Part shown: positions 25,701 to 39,358 of the stretch, one piece after another
Layout: each line of letters begins with the position of its first letter
Numbering within the stretch: the stretch's first letter is position 1
Assembly: GCA_964016885.1 (NCBI GenBank)
Contig: OZ024740.1
Location: forward strand, 291,462,001 to 291,526,000
From: Eledone cirrhosa
Lineage: Eukaryota
DNA length: 64,000 nt
Direction of reading: 5' to 3'
The notes under the pieces: generated by a model
What the model was told of the DNA's origin: nothing
The model's input: the letters and a program-made list of their open reading frames with translations, nothing else
The model's database searches: none
Position numbers and translations under genes: made by a program

Positions 25701-28700
25701 GGATCATGATATCTAGTAACTCAACGTACTAAAGACAGGATCATGATGTCTAGTAACTCAACGTACTAAAGACAGGATCATGATGTCTAGTAACTCAACG
25801 TACTAAAGACAGGATCATGATGTCTAGTAACTCAACATACTAAAGACAGGATCATGATGTCTAGTAACTCAACATACTAAAGACAGGATCATGATGTCTA
25901 GTAACTCAACATACTAAAGACAGGATCATGATATCTAGTAACTCAACGTACTAAAGACAGGATCATTATGTCTAGTAACTCAACGTACTAAAGACAGGAT
26001 CATGATGTCTAGTAACTCAACGTACTAAAGACAGGATCATGATGTCTAGTAACTCAACTTACGAAAGACAGGATCATGATATCTAGTAACTCAACGTACT
26101 AAAGACAGGATCATGATGTCTAGTAACTCAACGTACTAAAGACAGGATCATGATGTCTAGTAACTCAACGTACTAAAGACAGGATCATGATGTCTAGTAA
26201 CTCAACATACGAAAGACAGGATCATGATATCTAGTAACTCAACGTACTAAAGACAGGATCATGATGTCTTGTAACTCAATGTACTAAAGACAGGATCATG
26301 ATGTATAATAACTCAATGTACTAAAGACAGGATCATGATGTCTAGTAACTCAACGTACTAAAGACAGGATCATGATGTCTAGTAACTCAATGTACTAAAG
26401 ACAGGATCATGATGTCTAGTAACTCAACGTACTAAAGACAGGATCATGATATCTAGTAACTCAACGTACTAAAGACAGGATCATGATGTCTAGAAACTCA
26501 ACGTACTAAAGACAGGATCATGATGTCTAGTAACTCAACATACTAAAGACAGGATCATGATGTCTAGTAACTCAACGTACTAAAGACAGGATCATGATGT
26601 CTAGTAACTCAACGTACTAAAGACAGGATCATGATGTCTAGTAACTCAATGTACTAAAGACAGGATCATGATGTCTAGTAACTCAACATACTAAAGACAG
26701 GATCATGATGTCTAGTAACTCAACGTACTAAAGACAGGATCATGATGTCTAGTAACTCAATGTACTAAAGACAGGATCATGATGTTTAGTAACTCAACAT
26801 ACTAAAGACAGGATCATGATGTCTAGTAACTCAACATACTAAAGACAGGATCATGATGTCTAGTAACTCAACGTACTAAAGACAGGATCATGATATCTAG
26901 TAACTCAACGTACTAAAGACAGGATCATGATGTCTAGTAACTCAACATACGAAAGACAGGATCATGATATCTAGTAACTCAACGTACTAAAGACAGGATC
27001 ATGATGTCTAGTAACTCAACGTACTAAAGACAGGATCATGATGTCTAGTAACTCAACGTACTAAAGACAGGATCATGATGTCTAGTAACTCAACATACGA
27101 AAGACAGGATCATGATATCTAGTAACTCAACGTACTAAAGACAGGATCATGATGTCTAGTAACTCAACGTACTAAAGACAGGATCATGATGTCTAGTAAC
27201 TCAACGTACTAAAGACAGGATCATGATGTCTAGTAACTCAACATACTAAAGACAGGATCATGATGTCTAGTAACTCAACATACTAAAGACAGGATCATGA
27301 TGTCTAGTAACTCAACATACTAAAGACAGGATCGTGATGTATAATAACTCAATGTACTAAAGACAGGATCATGATGTCTAGTAACTCAAAATACTAAAGA
27401 CAGGATCATGATGTCTAGTAACTCAACGTACTAAAGACAGGATCATGATGTCTAGTAACTCAACGTACTAAAGACAGGATCATGATGTCTAGTAACTCAA
27501 CATAGTAAAGACAGGATCATGATGTCTAGTAACTCAACGTACTAAAGACAGGATCATGATGTCTAGTAACTCAACATACGAAAGACAGGATCATGATGTC
27601 TAGTAACTCAACGTACTAAAGACAGGATCATGATATCTAGTAACTCAACGTACTAAAGACAGGATCATGATGTCTAGTAACTCAACATACGAAAGACAGG
27701 ATCATGATGTCTAGTAACTCAACGTACTAAAGACAGGATCATGATATCTAGTAACTCAACGTACTAAAGACAGGATCATGATGTCTAGTAACTCAACATA
27801 CGAAAGACAGGATCATGATGTCTAGTAACTCAACGTACTAAAGACAGGATCATGATATCTAGTAACTCAACGTACTAAAGACAGGATCATGATGTCTAGT
27901 AACTCAACGTACTAAAGACAGGATCATGATGTCTAGTAACTCAATGTACTAAAGACAGGATCATGATGTCTAGTAACTCAACGTACTAAAGACAGGATCA
28001 TGATGTCTAGTAACTCAACGTACTAAAGACAGGATCATGATATCTAGTAACTCAACGTACTAAAGACAGGATCATGATATCTAGTAACTCAACGTACTAA
28101 AGACAGGATCATGATGTCTAGTAACTCAACGTACTAAAGACAGGATCATGATGTCTAGTAACTCAACGTACTAAAGACAGGATCATGATGTCTAGTAACT
28201 CAACATACTAAAGACAGGATCATGATGTCTAGTAACTCAACATACTAAAGACAGGATCATGATGTCTAGTAACTCAACATACTAAAGACAGGATCATGAT
28301 ATCTAGTAACTCAACGTACTAAAGACAGGATCATGATGTCTAGTAACTCAACGTACTAAAGACAGGATCATGATGTCTAGTAACTCAACGTACTAAAGAC
28401 AGGATCATGATGTCTAGTAACTCAACTTACGAAAGACAGGATCATGATATCTAGTAACTCAACGTACTAAAGACAGGATCATGATGTCTAGTAACTCAAC
28501 GTACTAAAGACAGGATCATGATGTCTAGTAACTCAACGTACTAAAGACAGGATCATGATGTCTAGTAACTCAACATACGAAAGACAGGATCATGATATCT
28601 AGTAACTCAACGTACTAAAGACAGGATCATGATGTCTTGTAACTCAATGTACTAAAGACAGGATCATGATGTATAATAACTCAATGTACTAAAGACAGGA

Positions 28701-31700
28701 TCATGATGTCTAGTAACTCAACGTACTAAAGACAGGATCATGATGTCTAGTAACTCAATGTACTAAAGACAGGATCATGATGTCTAGTAACTCAACGTAC
28801 TAAAGACAGGATCATGATATCTAGTAACTCAACGTACTAAAGACAGGATCATGATGTCTAGTAACTCAACGTACTAAAGACAGGATCATGATGTCTAGTA
28901 ACTCAACATACTAAAGACAGGATCATGATGTCTAGTAACTCAACGTACTAAAGACAGGATCATGATGTCTAGTAACTCAACGTACTAAAGACAGGATCAT
29001 GATGTCTAGTAACTCAATGTACTAAAGACAGGATCATGATGTCTAGTAACTCAACATACTAAAGACAGGATCATGATGTCTAGTAACTCAACGTACTAAA
29101 GACAGGATCATGATGTCTAGTAACTCAATGTACTAAAGACAGGATCATGATGTCTAGTAACTCAACATACTAAAGACAGGATCATGATGTCTAGTAACTC
29201 AACATACTAAAGACAGGATCATGATGTCTAGTAACTCAACGTACTAAAGACAGGATCATGATATCTAGTAACTCAACGTACTAAAGACAGGATCATGATG
29301 TCTAGTAACTCAACATACGAAAGACAGGATCATGATATCTAGTAACTCAACGTACTAAAGACAGGATCATGATGTCTAGTAACTCAACGTACTAAAGACA
29401 GGATCATGATGTCTAGTAACTCAACGTACTAAAGACAGGATCATGATGTCTAGTAACTCAACATACGAAAGACAGGATCATGATATCTAGTAACTCAACG
29501 TACTAAAGACAGGATCATGATGTCTAGTAACTCAACGTACTAAAGACAGGATCATGATGTCTAGTAACTCAACGTACTAAAGACAGGATCATGATGTCTA
29601 GTAACTCAACATACGAAAGACAGGATCATGATATCTAGTAACTCAACGTACTAAAGACAGGATCATGATGTCTAGTAACTCAATGTACTAAAGACAGGAT
29701 CATGATGTATAATAACTCAATGTACTAAAGACAGGATCATGATGTCTAGTAACTCAACGTACTAAAGACAGGATCATGATGTGTAGTAACTCAATGTACT
29801 AAAGACAGGATCATGATGTCTAGTAACTCAACGTACTAAAGACAGGATCATGATATCTAGTAACTCAACGTACTAAAGACAGGATCATGATGTCTAGTAA
29901 CTCAACGTACTAAAGACAGGATCATGATGTCTAGTAACTCAATGTACTAAAGACAGGATCATGATGTCTAGTAACTCAACGTACTAAAGACAGGATCATG
30001 ATATCTAGTAACTCAACGTACTAAAGACAGGATCATGATGTCTAGTAACTCAACATACGAAAGACAGGATCATGATGTCTAGTAACTCAACGTACTAAAG
30101 ACAGGATCATGATATCTAGTAACTCAACGTACTAAAGACAGGATCATGATGTCTAGTAACTCAACGTACTAAAGACAGGATCATGATGTCTAGTAACTCA
30201 ATGTACTAAAGACAGGATCATGATGTCTAGTAACTCAACGTACTAAAGACAGGATCATGATGTCTAGTAACTCAACGTACTAAAGACAGGATCATGATAT
30301 CTAGTAACTCAACGTACTAAAGACAGGATCATGATATCTAGTAACTCAACGTACTAAAGACAGGATCATGATGTCTAGTAACTCAACGTACTAAAGACAG
30401 GATCATGATGTCTAGTAACTCAACGTACTAAAGACAGGATCATGATGTCTAGTAACTCAACATACTAAAGACAGGATCATGATGTCTAGTAACTCAACAT
30501 ACTAAAGACAGGATCATGATGTCTAGTAACTCAACATACTAAAGACAGGATCATGATATCTAGTAACTCAACGTACTAAAGACAGGATCATGATGTCTAG
30601 TAACTCAACGTACTAAAGACAGGATCATGATGTCTAGTAACTCAACGTACTAAAGACAGGATCATGATGTCTAGTAACTCAACTTACGAAAGACAGGATC
30701 ATGATATCTAGTAACTCAACGTACTAAAGACAGGATCATGATGTCTAGTAACTCAACGTACTAAAGACAGGATCATGATGTCTAGTAACTCAACGTACTA
30801 AAGACAGGATCATGATGTCTAGTAACTCAACATACGAAAGACAGGATCATGATATCTAGTAACTCAACGTACTAAAGACAGGATCATGATGTCTTGTAAC
30901 TCAATGTACTAAAGACAGGATCATGATGTATAATAACTCAATGTACTAAAGACAGGATCATGATGTCTAGTAACTCAACGTACTAAAGACAGGATCATGA
31001 TGTCTAGTAACTCAATGTACTAAAGACAGGATCATGATGTCTAGTAACTCAACGTACTAAAGACAGGATCATGATATCTAGTAACTCAACGTACTAAAGA
31101 CAGGATCATGATGTCTAGTAACTCAACGTACTAAAGACAGGATCATGATGTCTAGTAACTCAACATACTAAAGACAGGATCATGATGTCTAGTAACTCAA
31201 CGTACTAAAGACAGGATCATGATGTCTAGTAACTCAACGTACTAAAGACAGGATCATGATGTCTAGTAACTCAATGTACTAAAGACAGGATCATGATGTC
31301 TAGTAACTCAACATACTAAAGACAGGATCATGATGTCTAGTAACTCAACGTACTAAAGACAGGATCATGATGTCTAGTAACTCAATGTACTAAAGACAGG
31401 ATCATGATGTCTAGTAACTCAACATACTAAAGACAGGATCATGATGTCTAGTAACTCAACATACTAAAGACAGGATCATGATGTCTAGTAACTCAACGTA
31501 CTAAAGACAGGATCATGATATCTAGTAACTCAACGTACTAAAGACAGGATCATGATGTCTAGTAACTCAACATACGAAAGACAGGATCATGATATCTAGT
31601 AACTCAACGTACTAAAGACAGGATCATGATGTCTAGTAACTCAACGTACTAAAGACAGGATCATGATGTCTAGTAACTCAACGTACTAAAGACAGGATCA

Positions 31701-34700
31701 TGATGTCTAGTAACTCAACATACGAAAGACAGGATCATGATATCTAGTAACTCAACGTACTAAAGACAGGATCATGATGTCTAGTAACTCAACGTACTAA
31801 AGACAGGATCATGATGTCTAGTAACTCAACGTACTAAAGACAGGATCATGATGTCTAGTAACTCAACATACGAAAGACAGGATCATGATATCTAGTAACT
31901 CAACGTACTAAAGACAGGATCATGATGTCTAGTAACTCAATGTACTAAAGACAGGATCATGATGTATAATAACTCAATGTACTAAAGACAGGATCATGAT
32001 GTCTAGTAACTCAACGTACTAAAGACAGGATCATGATGTGTAGTAACTCAATGTACTAAAGACAGGATCATGATGTCTAGTAACTCAACGTACTAAAGAC
32101 AGGATCATGATATCTAGTAACTCAACGTACTAAAGACAGGATCATGATGTCTAGTAACTCAACGTACTAAAGACAGGATCATGATGTCTAGTAACTCAAT
32201 GTACTAAAGACAGGATCATGATGTCTAGTAACTCAACGTACTAAAGACAGGATCATGATATCTAGTAACTCAACGTACTAAAGACAGGATCATGATATCT
32301 AGTAACTCAACGTACTAAAGACAGGATCATGATGTCTAGTAACTCAACGTACTAAAGACAGGATCATGATGTCTAGTAACTCAACGTACTAAAGACAGGA
32401 TCATGATGTCTAGTAACTCAACATACTGAAGACAGGATCATGATGTCTAGTAACTCAACATACTGAAGACAGGATCATGATGTCTAGTAACTCAACGTAC
32501 TAAAGACAGGATCATGATGTCTAGTAACTCAACGTACTAAAGACAGGATCATGATGTCTAGTAACTCAATGTACTAAAGACAGGATCATGATGTCTAGTA
32601 ACTCAACATACTAAAGACAGGATCATGATGTCTAGTAACTCAACGTACTAAAGACAGGATCATGATGTCTAGTAACTCAATGTACTAAAGACAGGATCAT
32701 GATGTCTAGTAACTGAACATACTAAAGACAGGATCATGATGTCTAGTAACTCAACATACTAAAGACAGGATCATGATGTCTAGTAACTCAACGTACTAAA
32801 GACAGGATCATGATATCTAGTAACTCAACGTACTAAAGACAGGATCATGATGTCTAGTAACTCAACATACTAAAGACAGGATCATGATGTCTAGTAACTC
32901 AACGTACTAAAGACAGGATCATGATGTCTAGTAACTCAACATACGAAAGACAGGATCATGATGTCTAGTAACTCAACATACGAAAGACAGGATCATGATG
33001 TCTAGTAACTCAACACACTAAAGACAGGATCATGATGTCTAGTAACTCAACACACTAAAGACAGGATCATGATGTATAGTAACTCAACACACTAAAGACA
33101 GGATCATGATGTCTAGTAACTCAATGTACTAAAGACAGGATCATGATGTCTAGTAACTCAACATACGAAAGACAGGATCATGATGTCTAGTAACTCAATG
33201 TACTAAAGACAGGATCATGATGTATAGTAACTCAACATACGAAAGACAGGATCATGATATCTAGTAACTCAACGTACTAAAGACAGGATCATGATGTCTA
33301 GTAACTCAATGTACTAAAGACAGGATCATGATGTATAATAACTCAATGTACTAAAGACAGGATCATGATGTCTAGTAACTCAACGTACTAAAGACAGGAT
33401 CATGATGTGTAGTAACTCAATGTACTAAAGACAGGATCATGATGTCTAGTAACTCAACGTACTAAAGACAGGATCATGATATCTAGTAACTCAACGTACT
33501 AAAGACAGGATCATGATGTCTAGTAACTCAACGTACTAAAGACAGGATCATGATGTCTAGTAACTCAATGTACTAAAGACAGGATCATGATGTCTAGTAA
33601 CTCAACGTACTAAAGACAGGATCATGATATCTAGTAACTCAACGTACTAAAGACAGGATCATGATATCTAGTAACTCAACGTACTAAAGACAGGATCATG
33701 ATGTCTAGTAACTCAACGTACTAAAGACAGGATCATGATGTCTAGTAACTCAACGTACTAAAGACAGGATCATGATGTCTAGTAACTCAACATACTGAAG
33801 ACAGGATCATGATGTCTAGTAACTCAACATACTGAAGACAGGATCATGATGTCTAGTAACTCTACGTACTAAAGACAGGATCATGATGTCTAGTAACTCA
33901 ACGTACTAAAGACAGGATCATGATGTCTAGTAACTCAATATACTAAAGACAGGATCATGATGTCTAGTAACTCAACATACTAAAGACAGGATCATGATGT
34001 CTAGTAACTCAACGTACTAAAGACAGGATCATGATGTCTAGTAACTCAATGTACTAAAGACAGGATCATGATGTCTAGTAACTGAACATACTAAAGACAG
34101 GATCATGATGTCTAGTAACTCAACATACTAAAGACAGGATCATGATGTCTAGTAACTCAACGTACTAAAGACAGGATCATGATATCTAGTAACTCAACGT
34201 ACTAAAGACAGGATCATGATGTCTAGTAACTCAACATACGAAAGACAGGATCATGATATCTAGTAACTCAACGTACTAAAGACAGGATCATGATGTCTAG
34301 TAACTCAACGTACTAAAGACAGGATCATGATGTCTAGTAACTCAACGTACTAAAGACAGGATCATGATGTCTAGTAACTCAACATACGAAAGACAGGATC
34401 ATGATATCTAGTAACTCAACGTACTAAAGACAGGATCATGATGTCTAGTAACTCAACGTACTAAAGACAGGATCATGATGTCTAGTAACTCAACGTACTA
34501 AAGACAGGATCATGATGTCTAGTAACTCAACATACGAAAGACAGGATCATGATATCTAGTAACTCAACGTACTAAAGACAGGATCATGATGTCTAGTAAC
34601 TCAACGTACTAAAGACAGGATCATGATGTCTAGTAACTCAACGTACTAAAGACAGGATCATGATGTCTAGTAACTCAACATACGAAAGACAGGATCATGA

Positions 34701-35280
34701 TATCTAGTAACTCAACGTACTAAAGACAGGATCATGATGTCTAGTAACTCAACGTACTAAAGACAGGATCATGATGTCTAGTAACTCAACATACTAAAGA
34801 CAGGATCATGATGTCTAGTAACTCAACGTACTAAAGACAGGATCATGATGTCTAGTAACTCAACGTACTAAAGACAGGATCATGATGTCTAGTAACTCAA
34901 CATACTAAAGACAGGATCATGATGTCTAGTAACTCAACGTACTAAAGACAGGATCATGATGTCTAGTAACTCAACATACGAAAGACAGGATCATGATGTC
35001 TAGTAACTCAACATACGAAAGACAGGATCATGATGTCTAGTAACTCAACACACTAAAGACAGGATCATGATGTCTAGTAACTCAACACACTAAAGACAGG
35101 ATCATGATGTATAGTAACTCAACACACTAAAGACAGGATCATGATGTCTAGTAACTCAATGTACTAAAGACAGGATCATGATGTCTAGTAACTCAACATA
35201 CGAAAGACAGGATCATGATGTCTAGTAACTCAATGTACTAAAGACAGGATCATGATGTATAGTAACTCAACACACTAAAG
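22771..35280. repeat. Tandem satellite array of 338 x 37-bp monomers
   Basis: Consensus aaagacaggatcatgatgtctagtaactcaacgtact. First aaag at 22771 and last at 35277, a distance of 12506 = 338 x 37. Confidence 0.98.
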
Positions 35281-35298
35281 ATGCTATCATTATTTAAT

Positions 35299-35580
35299 AT
35301 GTACTGGGTAATTGCTGGCCTTGTGCCTAAAGTAGAAACAATTATTTAATTGCAATAGGGCAGTAGATTGGAAGTATCGGTAGAGGGTCGGACGCAATGC
35401 TTTGCAGCATGGAGTTATGGCCCTTTGTGGTCTGAGTTCAAATCCTGCCGAAGTTAACTTTCCCTTTCATCCTTACGGGGTCGATAAAATAAAGTACCAG
35501 TCACACACTGGGGTCAATTTCATCGACTTTTCCCTCCCCCCAAAATTGCTTGCCTTGTGCCTATATAAGAAACATTATTT
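35299..35580 (+). mobile_element. SINE family A 3' stub followed by a full long-form copy
   Basis: TSD-like attatttaattgca (35341-35354) / attatttagttgca (35574-35587). Confidence 0.85.
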
Positions 35581-35869
35581 AGTTGCAGTTGTAAATAATT
35601 CCTTTCAAAGTACACCGCCATACATCCTTATAAACATTTTAAGTACAGACATTCAGTGGAAGGAATTCATGTTAATACAAGAAATAACATCTCTCTTGTA
35701 TTTGTTATTTTATACATATATATATAATGTGAGTCCCTGGTTCAATCGGGCATAACCACAGTAAGTGAAGTACTCAATACATTAGTAGAATATATACAAA
35801 GTTTAATTTCTACAGGACTAGAACTGTTTGATTTCTTTCGAGTGAAACAGTTATAGTCCTGTATTAAAT

Positions 35870-35946
35870 TTTATATATATACCTATGCATATATATATAT
35901 ATATATATATATTAGAATTTTTATTGCCAAATATACTATATGTACA

Positions 35947-35984
<38 letters not shown>

Positions 35985-36042
35985 CACACATATATATATA
36001 TATATTATATTATATTATATATATATTATATTATATATATAT
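35870..36042. repeat. (TA)n / TATAT low-complexity tract
   Basis: Directly visible. Confidence 0.9.
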
Positions 36043-36516
36043 GTAAAAAGTAAACAGAAATAACAACACAATCGGTACAGTATATGGAAGGGATATATTA
36101 GGTTAATGCTTGAATTAACAGGAAGAGGGTCTTTTGGATGCTAGTCCTTCATCAGAAGAAAGAATGAGAAATAAGATAGATTGAAGGGACGGGCGGGTTA
36201 GAATTGGAAAAATGTCTTTAGATAAAAATAACAGGTTGAATTCATGTTGACATCTCTTGGAAATCTGTTGATCCTGGCGTTTTGTGTATGATTTATTTTT
36301 TTTAGAAAAGTGGATGATGGAGCGCGTCTACCTGAAATGGAAAAAAAACCGTTTTGTAAAAAGAGCTATAATTGTGCACGTGCATATGCATTTGTGTTTC
36401 CTTATATGTCCGTACGAAGCTAAGAAGAAATATGTGTGTATATGTAAGTAAAAGAGTGTGTGTGTGCTTGTAAATATGAAGCTATGAGCAAAAGTATGTT
36501 AATAAGGGTATGTATA

Positions 36517-38990
36517 TCATCATCATCATCATCTTCATTTAACGTCCATTTTCCACGCTAGCATGGGTTAGACGGGAGTTGTCCCACTTGAGGCAAGGTT
36601 GGTCGAGTGACCGTGTCTCGCTCATATAGGACTATCTGGCAGGTTTTCTACGGCTGGATGCCCTTCCTAACACCAACCACATTTACAGTGTGGAACTGGG
36701 AACTTTTTACTGTGTTGCCTACACGGCCACATTACAGCGTGGACTGTGTGTTTTTTCTCGTGACACCTACACAATCTCGATCTCATTATCTCATTTATTT
36801 GGACTGGATATTGTGGTACCAACTTTATAGAGAGAGGGTGGTGTTAGTGGGAGGATAGGGTAGGGGTAGTGGATTTGGGTGTATATTTGGTTAAGAGGTG
36901 CCTACTGACTGTAGGTTTCGCTTTGTACATAGGCAAGGCGGGTCTTTTGTATTACTGCGTAGCGCCAAAGATCTCGGTCCAGTGACATTGTCTTGGAGAG
37001 GTGTAGGTGTGTGAGGTTGGAATTTATCAGATCGTGCCAGGTTTTTCTGGGTCTACCTACTCCATAACTACCATTAATTTTGATCGCCCTGCACTTTTGT
37101 ATACAGCTGTCATCTTTCATGCGCATCACGTGGCCATACCAACGTAGTCTTCTCTCAAGTAAACAGCATCTGATCCCTCTTATTCCTAATTTCTCACTTA
37201 GTTCATTTATGCTTTGCCGTTCACGTATATTACTATTACACATCCAACGGAGCATGCATGCTTCGTTCCTTTCCAGTTTGCGCAGGTCCTCTGCACGTAA
37301 TGCCCATGTCTCACTGCCATGTAGCATTGCTGTTCTTATACAAGCATCAAACAATCTGCCTTTCATTTTTAGAAAGAAACCTTTTGTGGCCAACAGCGGT
37401 ATAAGCTCTCTGAACTTTTTCCATCATGTTCTGACTCTGGCTACTGTACTTTCCACCACTGCTGATTTCGTCACCCAGGTAACGGAAAGTGTCTACTGTT
37501 TCTATAGAACCATCTGGGCAATAGAGGGAGCTAGTATCCTATGGACACTTGCTACCTATTGCACCTGAGCATCGGCCACATATAAAGTCTACGTTCTTAG
37601 ATAGTTTACCTGTGATCCCACTACATCTTTTATGTACCCATACTTTGCATTTGGGACATAAAATTGAATTTCTGCCTACTCCTTTCCTACACACTGAGCA
37701 AGGCCATTTTCCTGAGGGTACCTGTGCCTTATTTTCCTTTCTACAAACTAGGACTTTAGTCTTAGACAAGTTTACTTTCAGGCCTTTTGATTCTGAGCCA
37801 TGTTTCCATGTTTGGAATTTCTTCTCTAGTTCAGCCATTGATTCAGCTACGAGCGTTAGATCATCTGTGTATAGGAGTTACCATGGGCAGCCGGTCTTGA
37901 ACTCCTCTGTTATACCCTGAAGGGCAATAATAAATAGGAGGGGGCTAAGGACAGTGCCTTGGTGAACACCAACTTTTACACTAAATTCTTCACAATATTC
38001 ATTGTTAATTATAACCTTACTGACTGTTTCATTATACATAGCTTGTATAGCTCTCACAAGCCATTCATCTACACCTAGTTTTCTAAGAACCCACCAGATA
38101 ATGGAGTGGGGGACTCTGTCAAAGGTTTTCTCCAGGTTTACAAGAGGGGTTTACTTTTAGCTAGGTACTTCTCTTGTAATTGTCGTACAAGGAAAAGAGC
38201 GTCTGTGGTACTTTTACCCGACACAAACCCAAACTGCATTTCATCTAGATCAATTCGTTCTCTGATTAGTTGCGCTATAACTCTTTCTGTGACCTTCATG
38301 ACCTGGTCAACTAACTTAATGCCTCTATAGTTTTCCCTATCTAGAGCATCTCCTTTACCCTTGTAGAAGTTAATGATGATGCTGCTACACCAGTCTTTTG
38401 GTATGACCCCATTCTGTATTACTTGGTTAACTATGCGGGTGACCATAGTATGTCCCACCATTCCAGATGCCTTCAACGTCCTAGCAACTATCTCCGAAGG
38501 CCCAGCTGCTTTGCCTGTCTTCATATCTTTGATTGCCTTACTTATTATACTACCTTTAACTTGCACCGCTGGTCCTTCTATTGGATCGATTTGGGGCAGA
38601 CTATCTTTTTTCCACTTATTCTCCTCATTTAATAGTCTCTCGTAGTGACACTTCCAGGCTATCTTCTTATCAGCATCAGTGAGGGCAAGTACAACATTAT
38701 CATTACGGACACACTTCTCCCCGACAATATCACGGTTTTCCTTGACATATTGTCTAGCAATCCTGAACACCTCACATTTTTGGTCCTCACGTTGTAGAAC
38801 ATGTTTGAACTTTCTTTCCTCTGCTTCCCTTTTTTGCAAGGTACACTTGTCTCCTAGCTTCTCTCCTGGCCACATGGTAGTGCTCTCTACTTCCCTCATC
38901 CTGCCATACTTTCCAAGCCTGCTTTTTGGATTTGATTGTCTCTTCTACCTTACTGTTCCACCACCAAGTTACTCTCCTCCTGCCAATAGG
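36517..38990 (-). mobile_element. ~2.5-kb 5'-truncated RTE LINE (RT with PHD-like finger, long 3' UTR, (ATG)n tail), few frameshifts
   Basis: KGKGDALDRENYRGIKL, QFGFVSGKSTTDALF, VGVHQGTVLSPLLF, YTDDL, GLKVNLSKTK, WPCSVC...WVHKRC...CGRC, AMLHGSETW, RRLRWYGHVMRM. Confidence 0.95.
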
Positions 38991-39130
38991 TCTACACATA
39001 TATATATATGTATATATATCTAAAAAACTCAGATAACATTTATTGTATTCAGCCATGTAGAGCGATAAACTATTTATTTGTTATATAAATATATATATAC
39101 ACATATAAATATATATACATATACATATGC

Positions 39131-39165
<35 letters not shown>

Positions 39166-39358
39166 ATTCCCAACTTATTTCATTCATTTCATTTAAGAAT
39201 CTATTATATGTCATTTCAACTCCTGGGTTATTCACAAGGTTTGAAAATACAGAAACTCAATAGGTAATTAAGAATTTAATTCTTTTGTTCTTTTGTACGA
39301 ATGTTAGAAATTATTTCCCATTCATTGTTTATTGGCTTCATAAGGGCAATGATATATA

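Noticed and set aside
22771-35280. CRISPR array (37-bp repeat length, internal palindrome)
   Set aside because: The monomers are contiguous with no unique spacers, there are no cas genes, and the context is eukaryotic and intron-containing.
22771-35280. Repetitive protein-coding region
   Set aside because: 37 is not a multiple of 3, and the monomer contains stops (TGA, TAG, TAA) on both strands. The ORF track shows nothing here.
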